Source of the DNA: a virus
Lineage: Duplodnaviria > Caudoviricetes
DNA: 64,000 nt
Direction: 5' to 3' (one strand)
IMG/VR virus record: IMGVR_UViG_3300035498_000654
Span: 18,703-82,702 of that record
Of this stretch, positions 42,249 through 51,412 are shown one piece after another. The notes below the pieces were generated by a model. The model saw only the letters and a program-made list of their open reading frames with translations. It ran no database searches and had not been told where the DNA came from. The translations under genes were made by a program, and so were the position numbers. Numbering within the stretch: position 1 is the first letter of the stretch; each line of letters opens with the position of its first letter.

Positions 42249-43463
42249 ATGTTTCGAACAATAAAAATAAGGTTATATCCTAACAAAACACAAGAAGTTC
42301 AGATCAATAAACTTCTTGGTTGTTATCGTGTTGTCTATAATCAATGTCTTGCTCGAAAAATTGAATCTTATAACAAAGAGAAGAAAACTGAAAACTTATC
42401 TTCTTTAAGTAAATGGTTTCATCATGATTTGATTAATAACCCAGATTTTATATGGTTGAAAGAACAAAACACTAAAGTTCTTAAACAATCCATAATGGAT
42501 ATGTTAAATGCTTATAAAAATTTCTTTGAACGCCATATTGGTTATCCAAAGTTTAAATCAAAGCATGATAATAAGCAATCTTGTAGATTTGAAATAGCAA
42601 GTATATCTAAATGTAATAACTACCTATCTTATAGATTATCACTTGCAAATATAAGAGATATTAAATTTAAATGTAGTAAGTTATATTCAAAATATCTTCA
42701 GGATAATAAGCCAAATATAAAGTCGGCGACTTTAAGTAAACTACCATGTGGTGAGTATTACTTATCACTCTTAGTTGACGGTTGTCTAACTCATAAAGTC
42801 AAAGACACAAACAACATGGTTGGTATAGATCTTGGTATTAAGAATTTTATTATAACATCAAATGGAAATGTTTTTGAAAACCAACACTTTAAGAAATCAG
42901 AATATAAGAAAATAAAGAAGTTACAAAGACAACTTTCTAAGAAAGTTAAAGGCTCTAACAACAGAAATAAAGCAAGGATCAAACTTGCAAAAGTATATAA
43001 AACTATAACTGATTGTAAATCAAACTATTTACATAAAATATCCAATATACTAATTGATGAAAACCAAGTCATTTGTATGGAGGACTTAAATGTAAAAGGA
43101 ATGCTTAAGAATCATAAGCTTGCTGATTCAATATCAGAAATGAATTTTAGAGAATTTAGAAGAATATTGCAGTATAAAAGTTTGTGGTATAATAGACGAT
43201 TAGTCTTTATAGATAGATATTATCCTTCATCTAAGAGATGCAATCATTGTGGTTATATTAATAAGTCACTTAAATTGTCAGATAGACAATGGACTTGTCC
43301 TGACTGTGGTTCTATCATAGATAGAGATTATAATGCTGCATTGAATATTTTAGAAGAAGGACAAAGAATAATAAGTTGTAATGTAAATCCTATCTACATG
43401 GATAAACATTCAGAAATGAACCTAAAAAGTAGCTGTAGATTGAAGCAAGTAGTTAAAAACTGA
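42249..43463 (+). CDS. tnpB: TnpB RNA-guided endonuclease with shortened/diverged omega-RNA region
   Basis: GIDLG/MEDL/DRDYNAA, Zn finger; ATG 8 nt after the previous stop; 3' region lacks the gcagtac..gtggactatcc segment present in other copies. Confidence 0.92.
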   Translation: MFRTIKIRLYPNKTQEVQINKLLGCYRVVYNQCLARKIESYNKEKKTENLSSLSKWFHHDLINNPDFIWLKEQNTKVLKQSIMDMLNAYKNFFERHIGYPKFKSKHDNKQSCRFEIASISKCNNYLSYRLSLANIRDIKFKCSKLYSKYLQDNKPNIKSATLSKLPCGEYYLSLLVDGCLTHKVKDTNNMVGIDLGIKNFIITSNGNVFENQHFKKSEYKKIKKLQRQLSKKVKGSNNRNKARIKLAKVYKTITDCKSNYLHKISNILIDENQVICMEDLNVKGMLKNHKLADSISEMNFREFRRILQYKSLWYNRRLVFIDRYYPSSKRCNHCGYINKSLKLSDRQWTCPDCGSIIDRDYNAALNILEEGQRIISCNVNPIYMDKHSEMNLKSSCRLKQVVKN

Positions 43464-43580
43464 ACACACTTAACTTTGTTCAGATTTTAATATAATATTA
43501 ATTAAAAAATATTATATAGACAATTTTATTATTAATGCTATAATAAAATGTAAGTGAATACAAGAGTACATTGACTAAAT

Positions 43581-43664
43581 GGGGGATTGGCGTAATCGGT
43601 AGCCGCGACATGCTTAAACCGTGTTGTTCAATTGAACGTATGGGTTCAAGTCCCATATCCCCTA
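43581..43664 (+). tRNA. trnL: tRNA-Leu(TAA)
   Basis: Acceptor gggggat/atcccct, anticodon stem acatg/cgtgt with loop CT-TAA-AC, long variable arm, T-loop ttcaagt. Confidence 0.9.
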
Positions 43665-43693
43665 CAATTAATACTTTATAAGTATATTTAAAA

Positions 43694-43840
43694 AATAATA
43701 GGTTGCAGTACAACCGAATTTACGCTTGTGGACTATCCTCTTATGGATGACCGTTCAGAAATGAACCTAAAAAGTAATGATAGGATGAATCAAGAAATTA
43801 AAAATGAATAAATCTAATTTTGTTCAGATTTTAATATACT
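43694..43840 (+). ncRNA. Stand-alone TnpB omega-RNA scaffold/right end without a tnpB ORF
   Basis: Near-copy of the last ~145 nt of tnpB copies 1, 2 and 4 (aataataggttgcagtac..ttgttcagattttaatatact); no upstream tnpB sequence. Confidence 0.7.
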
Positions 43841-43927
43841 GTAGAGAGTATATACGAACAACCTAAGTCATTGATTATGATATGGTTATGACATAGTCCA
43901 AGCTGTAGTAGGCAAAACTATAGTAAG
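43841..43927 (+). other. 3' half of a group I intron (P7-P8-P9-omega G)
   Basis: gtagagagtatatacg (R-like), aacc/ggtt P8, atgac-atagtcc (S-like), P9 hairpin ctgtagt/actatag, terminal G directly before the tRNA exon. Confidence 0.65.
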
Positions 43928-43977
43928 AAAATCTCTTGGCCATTGCGGCTGTGCGGGTTCGAGTCCCGCTGGCGGTA
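43928..43977 (+). pseudogene. 3' exon of a tRNA-Leu (anticodon probably TAA); 5' exon not found in window
   Basis: aaaa-tctct anticodon 3' strand, long variable arm, gcggg-ttcgagt-cccgc T-arm, acceptor strand tggcggt-a. Confidence 0.7.
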
Positions 43978-43991
43978 CTAATAGCAAGAAT

Positions 43992-44030
43992 TTAAAATCT
44001 GAACAATAATTAGAATTGTTCAGATTTTAA
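43992..44030. repeat. Isolated 15-bp perfect hairpin derived from the TnpB right end
   Basis: ttaaaatctgaacaa-taattagaa-ttgttcagattttaa followed by tatac. Confidence 0.7.
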
Positions 44031-44070
44031 TATACAAATATTTTATTATTAACTAAATTGAAAATATAAT

Positions 44071-45159
44071 ATGTCAATGAATAATGTAGAATTTAATTAT
44101 TTTCAAATAATTGGCAATAGAATAATAAATGATTGGAAACTTCCAATCTCTATTGGTTCAGTGAAAGATCTGAATCAATTTTTCTATTTTAATACTTTTA
44201 AAAAATTTTTGGCATATACCAATAATCTTGATAGATGGATGACATTAATTCAAAATAGTAGTAATGCATACACATCTCCAGAAGATTTTGCAAATGATTA
44301 TTATGAATATCGTAATATAATTATTAATGGTATAAAAAATAGTGAATCATATCAAGCATTTAATAATGATGATATGACACAATTTATTGTTAAATCAAAT
44401 TATTCATTACCAAAGAGATCTAACATTTATAATAATGATGTTAATTTAAATTTATATTATATTTCAATTGATCTAAAGGCTGCTAATTTTACAGCACTTC
44501 GATTTTATAATCCTAATATATTTGGTATATTTGATAATGGTATACCAGTAAAAACATACGAGGATTTAATTAAGTTTTATATTCCAGATAATAAAGAAGT
44601 TCTTCAGAATTATTTTAAACAATCTAAATATGATAGACAAGTTATATTTGGACAACTTAATCCTCGTAGACATATTGCTGTTGAAACATATATAATTAAA
44701 TCATTATTGAATAATTTATGGGATGTTATTAAAAATCATACAGATTTCAATAGTATTGAATGTATAAATTCAGATGAGATTATTCTTTCATATAATACAT
44801 TACAGAAAGAATCTACGATTGCTGATATAAACAAAGTTATTATTGATTTTTGTAAAGAGAATATTGGAAATATAACACCAGATTGTTTTAAAGTAACAGA
44901 ATATAAATTAAAACATTATATTGTTAATAATACAGATACACAAGCAAAATGTTTTGATTTTTATCATAAGTATTTTATGTATCCTACAGATAATTCTTCA
45001 TTAACAGATGAAGATTTGTTTAAATGTATACCTAAACAATATTTCTGCTTAATAACAGCATTATTTAATGGAAAGCCTGTTGAAGAATGGATGAAGAAAA
45101 TATATGTTAATAATATGGAATTTATATTGGATTCTGCATTAGAGATAATTGACGTTTAA
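44071..45159 (+). CDS. Hypothetical protein with possible polymerase palm-like motifs
   Basis: SIDLKAANF and INSDEII resemble motifs A and C; weak evidence. Confidence 0.55.
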   Translation: MSMNNVEFNYFQIIGNRIINDWKLPISIGSVKDLNQFFYFNTFKKFLAYTNNLDRWMTLIQNSSNAYTSPEDFANDYYEYRNIIINGIKNSESYQAFNNDDMTQFIVKSNYSLPKRSNIYNNDVNLNLYYISIDLKAANFTALRFYNPNIFGIFDNGIPVKTYEDLIKFYIPDNKEVLQNYFKQSKYDRQVIFGQLNPRRHIAVETYIIKSLLNNLWDVIKNHTDFNSIECINSDEIILSYNTLQKESTIADINKVIIDFCKENIGNITPDCFKVTEYKLKHYIVNNTDTQAKCFDFYHKYFMYPTDNSSLTDEDLFKCIPKQYFCLITALFNGKPVEEWMKKIYVNNMEFILDSALEIIDV

Positions 45160-45177
45160 AAATAAAAAGACACTATC

Positions 45178-46893
45178 ATGGAAGAAAATAAAATATTAAC
45201 AATGTCAGAAAATGGAAAGTCTGAATATTGCTGTAATGTAATTCAAATAGGTACACTGGAACCTATTGAAGGATCAGATTTTCTTGCAAAAACACATATT
45301 AATGGTGAATCTATTGTAGTACGTAAGGATCAGATATTTGAGGGTGAATATTATCTTTATGCATCTAATGAATGTGCATTAAATGAAAAATTTTTAAGTG
45401 CAAATAACTTGTATGAACTTGGTGAAGCCTCACGTAACAGTAATGCAGATGAAGTTGTACCTGTTATCGAACATGCTGCCAAATATAAAAAACGTATTGA
45501 AGCCATTGATAATAAAAATAAAAAATTATCAAAAGCTCGTAGATTATTTGAAGCAAAACAAGATGTAGAGAATAATTATAATAAAGGCGTTAAAATATTA
45601 AAAGAATTTAAACATGACAGTTATAAGAATGCAGATGAGTATATTAATTATATATTGAATGCAATAGCTGATAATAATAATGATAAAAATGAATTAACAA
45701 AAGAACGTGAAAGTCTTTTGAATTCATTAAAATCAAAGGTTGGATTCTTTAATAAACATGGTCGTGTTCGTTGTATTAAGCTCAAAGGTACACCTTCATA
45801 TGGTTTTATTTTTAGTTTGAATGAACTTGCTAAAGTATATCCAGATGTTATTAATTTAAAATTGGAAGAACATCTTGGTGAAGATTTTGATACTGTATAT
45901 GGTGAATTATTTGTTAAGGCATATGTACCTCCTATAAAACCTGTTAAAGAACGTATACAAGATTCTGGTAAAAATCTTTCTAAGAGAGCAGACCGATTTG
46001 ATCGTATGGTACCAGGAGAATTCAAATTTCATTATGATACCCAACCACTTGGTAAGAATATGTGGAAATTTGAACCTGATGATATTGTTATTATTGATAA
46101 TAAGATCCATGGTTCACAAGCATGTTTCTCTAATATAAAGACCAAATATCCTAATAAATTGAATATCTTTAAAAAAGTTATAAATGTAATTTATAAACTT
46201 TTTAAGAAAGAAGAAAAGTATCCAACTTATCATATAGATTACGGATTTGTATATTCATCTCGTAAGGTGATTAAAAATAAGGATATTAATCCTAATCAAA
46301 AACAGGGATATTACAGTTCTGATATATGGGGGCATTGGGCAGAAATAATTAAAGAATATGTTCCTAAAGATTGGTCTATATATGGTGAAATATATGGATA
46401 TACACCAGATGGTTCATATATTCAAAAAGATTATGATTACGGTTGTAAACCAGGCGAATCTAAATTTACACCATATCGTATTTCAATTCATGATCCTGAA
46501 ACTGATGAGTGGAAAGAAATGAATAAGGAAGATGTTTATAACTGGACAGTAGATTTATTGAATAACCATCCTGAGTTACATAATAAATTGGTTCCTGTTG
46601 ATATATTCTATCATGGACGATTTAGAGATCTTTATCCTAATATAAAGGTTAATAATGAATGGCATGATAAAGTATTATATGCAATGCAAGCAGATACTGA
46701 AAACTTTGGTATGGAATTAATGGAGCCTTTATGTGTAAATGTTGTACCTCGTGAAGGTTTGATTATCCGTAAAGATAATGATAAAGTACCAGAAGCATTT
46801 AAGTTGAAAACTGATGCATTTAAAGCAAAGGAAAGACAGCAAATTGATGAAGGTATTGTAGACAGCGAAACTCTTGAAGGCTATAATAGTTGA
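45178..46893 (+). CDS. RNA ligase, DRB0094 (Rnl5-like) family
   Basis: N-terminal OB-like domain (IEPIEGSDF, RVRCIKLKGTPSYG); nucleotidyltransferase motifs KIHGSQ, IYGEIYG, REGLIIR, FKLK. Confidence 0.8.
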   Translation: MEENKILTMSENGKSEYCCNVIQIGTLEPIEGSDFLAKTHINGESIVVRKDQIFEGEYYLYASNECALNEKFLSANNLYELGEASRNSNADEVVPVIEHAAKYKKRIEAIDNKNKKLSKARRLFEAKQDVENNYNKGVKILKEFKHDSYKNADEYINYILNAIADNNNDKNELTKERESLLNSLKSKVGFFNKHGRVRCIKLKGTPSYGFIFSLNELAKVYPDVINLKLEEHLGEDFDTVYGELFVKAYVPPIKPVKERIQDSGKNLSKRADRFDRMVPGEFKFHYDTQPLGKNMWKFEPDDIVIIDNKIHGSQACFSNIKTKYPNKLNIFKKVINVIYKLFKKEEKYPTYHIDYGFVYSSRKVIKNKDINPNQKQGYYSSDIWGHWAEIIKEYVPKDWSIYGEIYGYTPDGSYIQKDYDYGCKPGESKFTPYRISIHDPETDEWKEMNKEDVYNWTVDLLNNHPELHNKLVPVDIFYHGRFRDLYPNIKVNNEWHDKVLYAMQADTENFGMELMEPLCVNVVPREGLIIRKDNDKVPEAFKLKTDAFKAKERQQIDEGIVDSETLEGYNS

Positions 46894-47088
46894 ATAGTTG
46901 AACAATAAAATCTCCTATGAAGATATTAAATATTTCATTTTAGTTAATTTTTATTTTAAATTTTTTAGTTTAGTTGTGTTATACATTGTCTATTGTGAAA
47001 TAGGCAATGTTTTTATTTTTAATTATATTTGATTTCTAATATGATATAAATACAATAAACTTTAATAAAAGTAATTTTATATTTTATA

Positions 47089-49263
47089 ATGAAATCAACT
47101 TTGACATTCAATACAAGCGCCTATGTTCGCAATAAAGGAACAAAGGGTGATTTTAATAAATTGAGAGATATGCTTACTGAATCACATTGTGTGGTAACTG
47201 GTGAGCGTCAATCAAATGGTGATGTTTACATGGTTGTTAATGGTAATATTAATGAAAAGAAATTTGCTAAATTAGCAGGAAAATGTAAACTATATGAAGC
47301 AGAAGATTATCTCCTTGATGATGACGAGCTTCCTATTAATCTTGAAGATGACGATTATGACTATGATGAAGATGATGATCTTGAATCATTGTTAAATGAT
47401 GATACTGATGAAGATGCAGATCTTGATGCTGAAGATTTTTCTGAATATGATGCAGAAGAAGATCCTGATATTTTCGATGAAGAGTTTAATGATGATGTAG
47501 AAGAAGATTTTTCATTCGACTTATATGATGATTATTGCGATAGTTGTGCTGATGATTATTGTGATGATGATTATGATTGTGATTTTGATGAAAAATTCTT
47601 TGATCAAGATTACATGGATGATAGCTATGATGATGAACTTGCTGATGAATATATTGAAGATGATGATATTGACGAATGCTTGAATGAAGCACTTAATGTT
47701 AATATGCGTCAGATTGAAAAATGTAATCGTAAGAAATTAATTGAGTCTAAACTTGCTGCTCATAGAATGCGCTCCAAAAAATTAATGGAAAGCAAACGTG
47801 CAGATATTAGACGTAAATGTAAACTTAATGAGCATAAACGTTTGGTTAATGGTAAATTGACACCAATGGATAAAGCACTCAATGAAAAGAAACGTGGTTG
47901 CTGCCCTCCTAAGAAAGACAAAATGGTTTCTTTGGCAGAAGCAATGAAAGCATTTAAACCTGAAGACCAAAAGAAACTTGATAAAGCAGTTTCATCAATC
48001 GAAGATGTTGTACGTTCAGTAAAGGGTCAAACTATTGGCGCTGCTGAAGTAGCTGCAGCAATGAAGAAACTCAAAGCTCAGCAATTACAGCTTAAGAAAA
48101 TTGCTAAAGATAAGAAAGAGAATTTTAAAGTAACTGATGTTAAGGGTGTAAGTGGTATCATTAAGAAAATGATTGAAGCTGATCCTGATAAAGCTGAAGA
48201 AATTAAGAAATTCCGTGATTCTTTGACAGAATCTGTTGTTACTGCAATTAATAATAAGAAAAAAGTTCTCCATGAAAATGTTGCTATTGATGGTGTTGCT
48301 ATGAGCAAAATCAAATCATCTAAACTTCAAAGTATGTTGAAAGAAGCTGTAGATGCTAAAAAGAAATATAGCAAAACAATCCGTAATGCAAATGGTGATA
48401 ACGCACTTATTGAAAAATGCAAAAAGATAATCAGCAATAAGAATAAACTTATTGGTATTCTTTCTGAAGAATTATCATATCGTAAGATGGTTGCTAAATT
48501 TGGTAAATCATTATTCGAGTCAGATGATAAAGAGGAAAAGAAAGAAAAGAAAACATCTGATGCTGCTGATATGAGTGATGACGATCTTGCAGCACTTATG
48601 GGTGGTTCATTTGATGATGCTGACGGTGATGCAGATGATAAAGATGATAAGAAAGATGACGCAACTGAAGGTGATGAAGAAGTTGATTTAGCACGTGTTG
48701 TAATCGAACTTAAAGATAAAGAATCTGCAGATGAGTTGAAAGACCTTTGTGTTGAGGCTGGTATTCCTGAAGATGCTATTGATATTGAAGAGGATACAGA
48801 CGAAGACGAAAATGATGAAGAGTCTGATGACACAGAATCAGATGAAGATACTGAAGAGAAATCAAATGATGCAAATGAATCAATTCATTATGCAAATATC
48901 AGAAAATTGTTTGAAGCCGATGATGACACAGAAGATGCAGAATCCGATGATAAAGAAGATGACGGTGAGACAGACCAGACTGATGATAGCCAAGATGAAG
49001 CATCAACAGAATCTACTGTTAAATTCGTATTGACTGATACTGATTATATTGATGAACTTGCACAGGTTCTTGATGATGAATATGGTATTTCAAAAGATGA
49101 ATTTGAAGAGATGATTGGTGGTGAAATCATTAAAGATGAAGACGATGAAGACGACTCTGATGAGGATTCTGATGATGATAAAGATGATAAGAAAGATGAT
49201 AAAGAAGATGAAGATGACGATACAGAAGAGATTTCTGCAGATGACATTTTCGGAAATATGTAA
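47089..49263 (+). CDS. Highly acidic prohead scaffold/core-like protein
   Basis: Alternating D/E-rich and basic blocks, more than ten [LI]-x-E motifs, TATAAATA at 47045. Confidence 0.65.
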   Translation: MKSTLTFNTSAYVRNKGTKGDFNKLRDMLTESHCVVTGERQSNGDVYMVVNGNINEKKFAKLAGKCKLYEAEDYLLDDDELPINLEDDDYDYDEDDDLESLLNDDTDEDADLDAEDFSEYDAEEDPDIFDEEFNDDVEEDFSFDLYDDYCDSCADDYCDDDYDCDFDEKFFDQDYMDDSYDDELADEYIEDDDIDECLNEALNVNMRQIEKCNRKKLIESKLAAHRMRSKKLMESKRADIRRKCKLNEHKRLVNGKLTPMDKALNEKKRGCCPPKKDKMVSLAEAMKAFKPEDQKKLDKAVSSIEDVVRSVKGQTIGAAEVAAAMKKLKAQQLQLKKIAKDKKENFKVTDVKGVSGIIKKMIEADPDKAEEIKKFRDSLTESVVTAINNKKKVLHENVAIDGVAMSKIKSSKLQSMLKEAVDAKKKYSKTIRNANGDNALIEKCKKIISNKNKLIGILSEELSYRKMVAKFGKSLFESDDKEEKKEKKTSDAADMSDDDLAALMGGSFDDADGDADDKDDKKDDATEGDEEVDLARVVIELKDKESADELKDLCVEAGIPEDAIDIEEDTDEDENDEESDDTESDEDTEEKSNDANESIHYANIRKLFEADDDTEDAESDDKEDDGETDQTDDSQDEASTESTVKFVLTDTDYIDELAQVLDDEYGISKDEFEEMIGGEIIKDEDDEDDSDEDSDDDKDDKKDDKEDEDDDTEEISADDIFGNM

Positions 49264-49423
49264 TTAATTAACCAATAACAATAATAAATAATCATGATGA
49301 GAGATTTTTAATTTTTGGATGAAAATAAATTCATGATGGTGTTGAAATCAGGTGGTTCGTGAGAATAGCCTGATTTTTTTATACTTATATCAGTAAATAC
49401 TAAAAACAACTTTAATCTTTAAT

Positions 49424-49810
49424 ATGATCTTGCAAATTGATAAAATATCATTAAGGGAAGCAATGAATAATGATAATGGACGTACATCATCTAAGAAGCT
49501 TATTGGTTTTTTAGCATCTATTGTATGTTTAGTATTATTAATAGCATTGATTATTTTTTATTTCTTCCATACAGGTGACGCAACTGTTATATTATAGTTT
49601 GTGGATAAATTAATAGTTATATTTGGTATTGCTGCTGGTTTATTAGGTGTAAAATCTATTGCAAATGCAATAAGTAATAGATATATACAAACACCAACAT
49701 ATGTACAATAGGTTGCATAGAAAGTAGTCACCACTAATATTGATGATGATTCTGATGATTCAGAAGAAGAAACATCTACAACAACAGTATCATCAGAAAC
49801 TGAAGCTTAA
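49424..49810 (+). CDS. Putative holin (128 aa, two TM helices, 3 in-frame TAG; absent from ORF track)
   Basis: Manual translation ..NGRTSSKKLIGFLASIVCLVLLIALIIFYFF..IL*FVDKLIVIFGIAAGLLGVKS.. is open to TAA at 49810. Confidence 0.6.
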
Positions 49811-49924
49811 TATTTGTTAATTAGACATTTTATTAAAATTGACTATAATTTTATAAGGTTATCAATAGGTGATTAAAATTTTGATCATTATTATAAATCT
49901 TATATAATTATTTTATTAATTATT

Positions 49925-51166
49925 ATGTTTCGATCAATCAAAATAAGATTATATCCAAATAGCAATCAAGAAGTTCAAATTAATAAACTTCTTGGTTGTT
50001 ATCGTGCGGTTTATAATCAATGTCTTGCTCGAAAGATTGAATCTTATAAAACAAAGAAGAAAACAGAAAATCTAACTTCACTTGGTCATTGGTTTCATCA
50101 TGATTTGATTAATAATCCAGATTTTATATGGTTAAAGGAACAAAACACTAAGGTTCTTAAACAATCCATAATAGATATGTTAAGTGCATATAAACGGTTC
50201 TTTACATTGCATACAGGTTATCCAAAGTTTAAATCAAAACATGATAATAAACAATCTTGTAGATTTGAAATAGCAAGTATATCTAAACGTAATAACTATC
50301 TATCATATAAATTATCACTTGCTAACATTAAGAATATTAAGTTTAAATGTAGTAAATCATATTCAAAATACCTTCAAGATAACAAGTCAAATATAAAGTC
50401 AGCAACTTTAAGTAAACTGCCATGTGGTGAATACTACCTATCAATTTTGATTGATGGTTCTTTATTACATAAAGTTAAAGATACTGATAAAATGATTGGT
50501 ATTGATCTTGGGGTTAAAGACTTTGTTATCACCTCAAATGGTGAAGTTTTCAAAAACCGACACTTTAAGAAATCAGAATACAATAAAATCAAAAAGTTAA
50601 ATAAACAACTTTCTAAAAAGAAAGTTGGATCTAACAATAGAAACAAAGCAAGGATTAAGCTTGCAAAAGTATATAAGAAGATAACTGACAGAAAATCAAA
50701 CTATTTGCATAAAGTAAGTAATTCATTAATTGACGAAAACCAAGTCATTTGTATGGAGGACTTAAATGTGAAGAGCATGATTAAAAACCATAGACTCGCT
50801 GATTCAATATCTGAATTAAACTTTGGTGAGTTTAGAAGAATACTTGAATACAAGAGTTTATGGTATAATAGAAAGTTAGTTTTTATAGATAGATTTTATC
50901 CTTCATCTAAGAGATGCAATCAATGTGGTTATATTAATAAGACACTTAAGTTATCTGATAGACAATGGACTTGCCCAGAATGTGGTTCTATTATAGAACG
51001 TGACTATAATGCATCATTAAATATATTAGAAGAAGGACAAAGAATAATAGGTTGCAGTACAGCCGAATTTACGCTCGTGGACTATCCAACTATGGATGAC
51101 AAGGAAGTAATTCCCCTAAAAAGTAGTGGTAGAATGAAGCAAGAAGTTAAAAGTGAACAATTCTAA
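49925..51166 (+). CDS. tnpB: TnpB RNA-guided endonuclease
   Basis: GIDLG/MEDL/ERDYNA, Zn finger, full omega-RNA region with right-end hairpin to ~51190. Confidence 0.92.
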   Translation: MFRSIKIRLYPNSNQEVQINKLLGCYRAVYNQCLARKIESYKTKKKTENLTSLGHWFHHDLINNPDFIWLKEQNTKVLKQSIIDMLSAYKRFFTLHTGYPKFKSKHDNKQSCRFEIASISKRNNYLSYKLSLANIKNIKFKCSKSYSKYLQDNKSNIKSATLSKLPCGEYYLSILIDGSLLHKVKDTDKMIGIDLGVKDFVITSNGEVFKNRHFKKSEYNKIKKLNKQLSKKKVGSNNRNKARIKLAKVYKKITDRKSNYLHKVSNSLIDENQVICMEDLNVKSMIKNHRLADSISELNFGEFRRILEYKSLWYNRKLVFIDRFYPSSKRCNQCGYINKTLKLSDRQWTCPECGSIIERDYNASLNILEEGQRIIGCSTAEFTLVDYPTMDDKEVIPLKSSGRMKQEVKSEQF

Positions 51167-51412
51167 TTATTGTTCAGATTTTAATATACTGTAGTATAAC
51201 TACTAACTTATCGATTATTTTCACGATGGTTAAAATAAAAATTTTGCGAGGTGTACTACACCGAATAATCCGGTGGTTGACTAATAAAAAACCTCCGGAA
51301 CAAAAGCCAGAGATTGATAAAGATAAAACACCAGAAATAAAAGTAATTTCTTGTAAAGTGAAATCTATATCAACAAAATCAAAAATTTAAAAATATTTGA
51401 ATAACATCCAAA

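Noticed and set aside
43498-43713. 71-aa minus-strand ORF
   Set aside because: Antisense shadow of tRNA-Leu(TAA); VGDMGLEPI is the typical tRNA reverse translation.
42249-43977. Canonical IStron
   Set aside because: There is no intron 5' domain upstream of tnpB, and the right end is followed by intron core rather than acting as the 3' splice site.
12001-51166. TnpBs as nuclease-dead TldR-type repressors
   Set aside because: All four retain the RuvC D-E-D residues.
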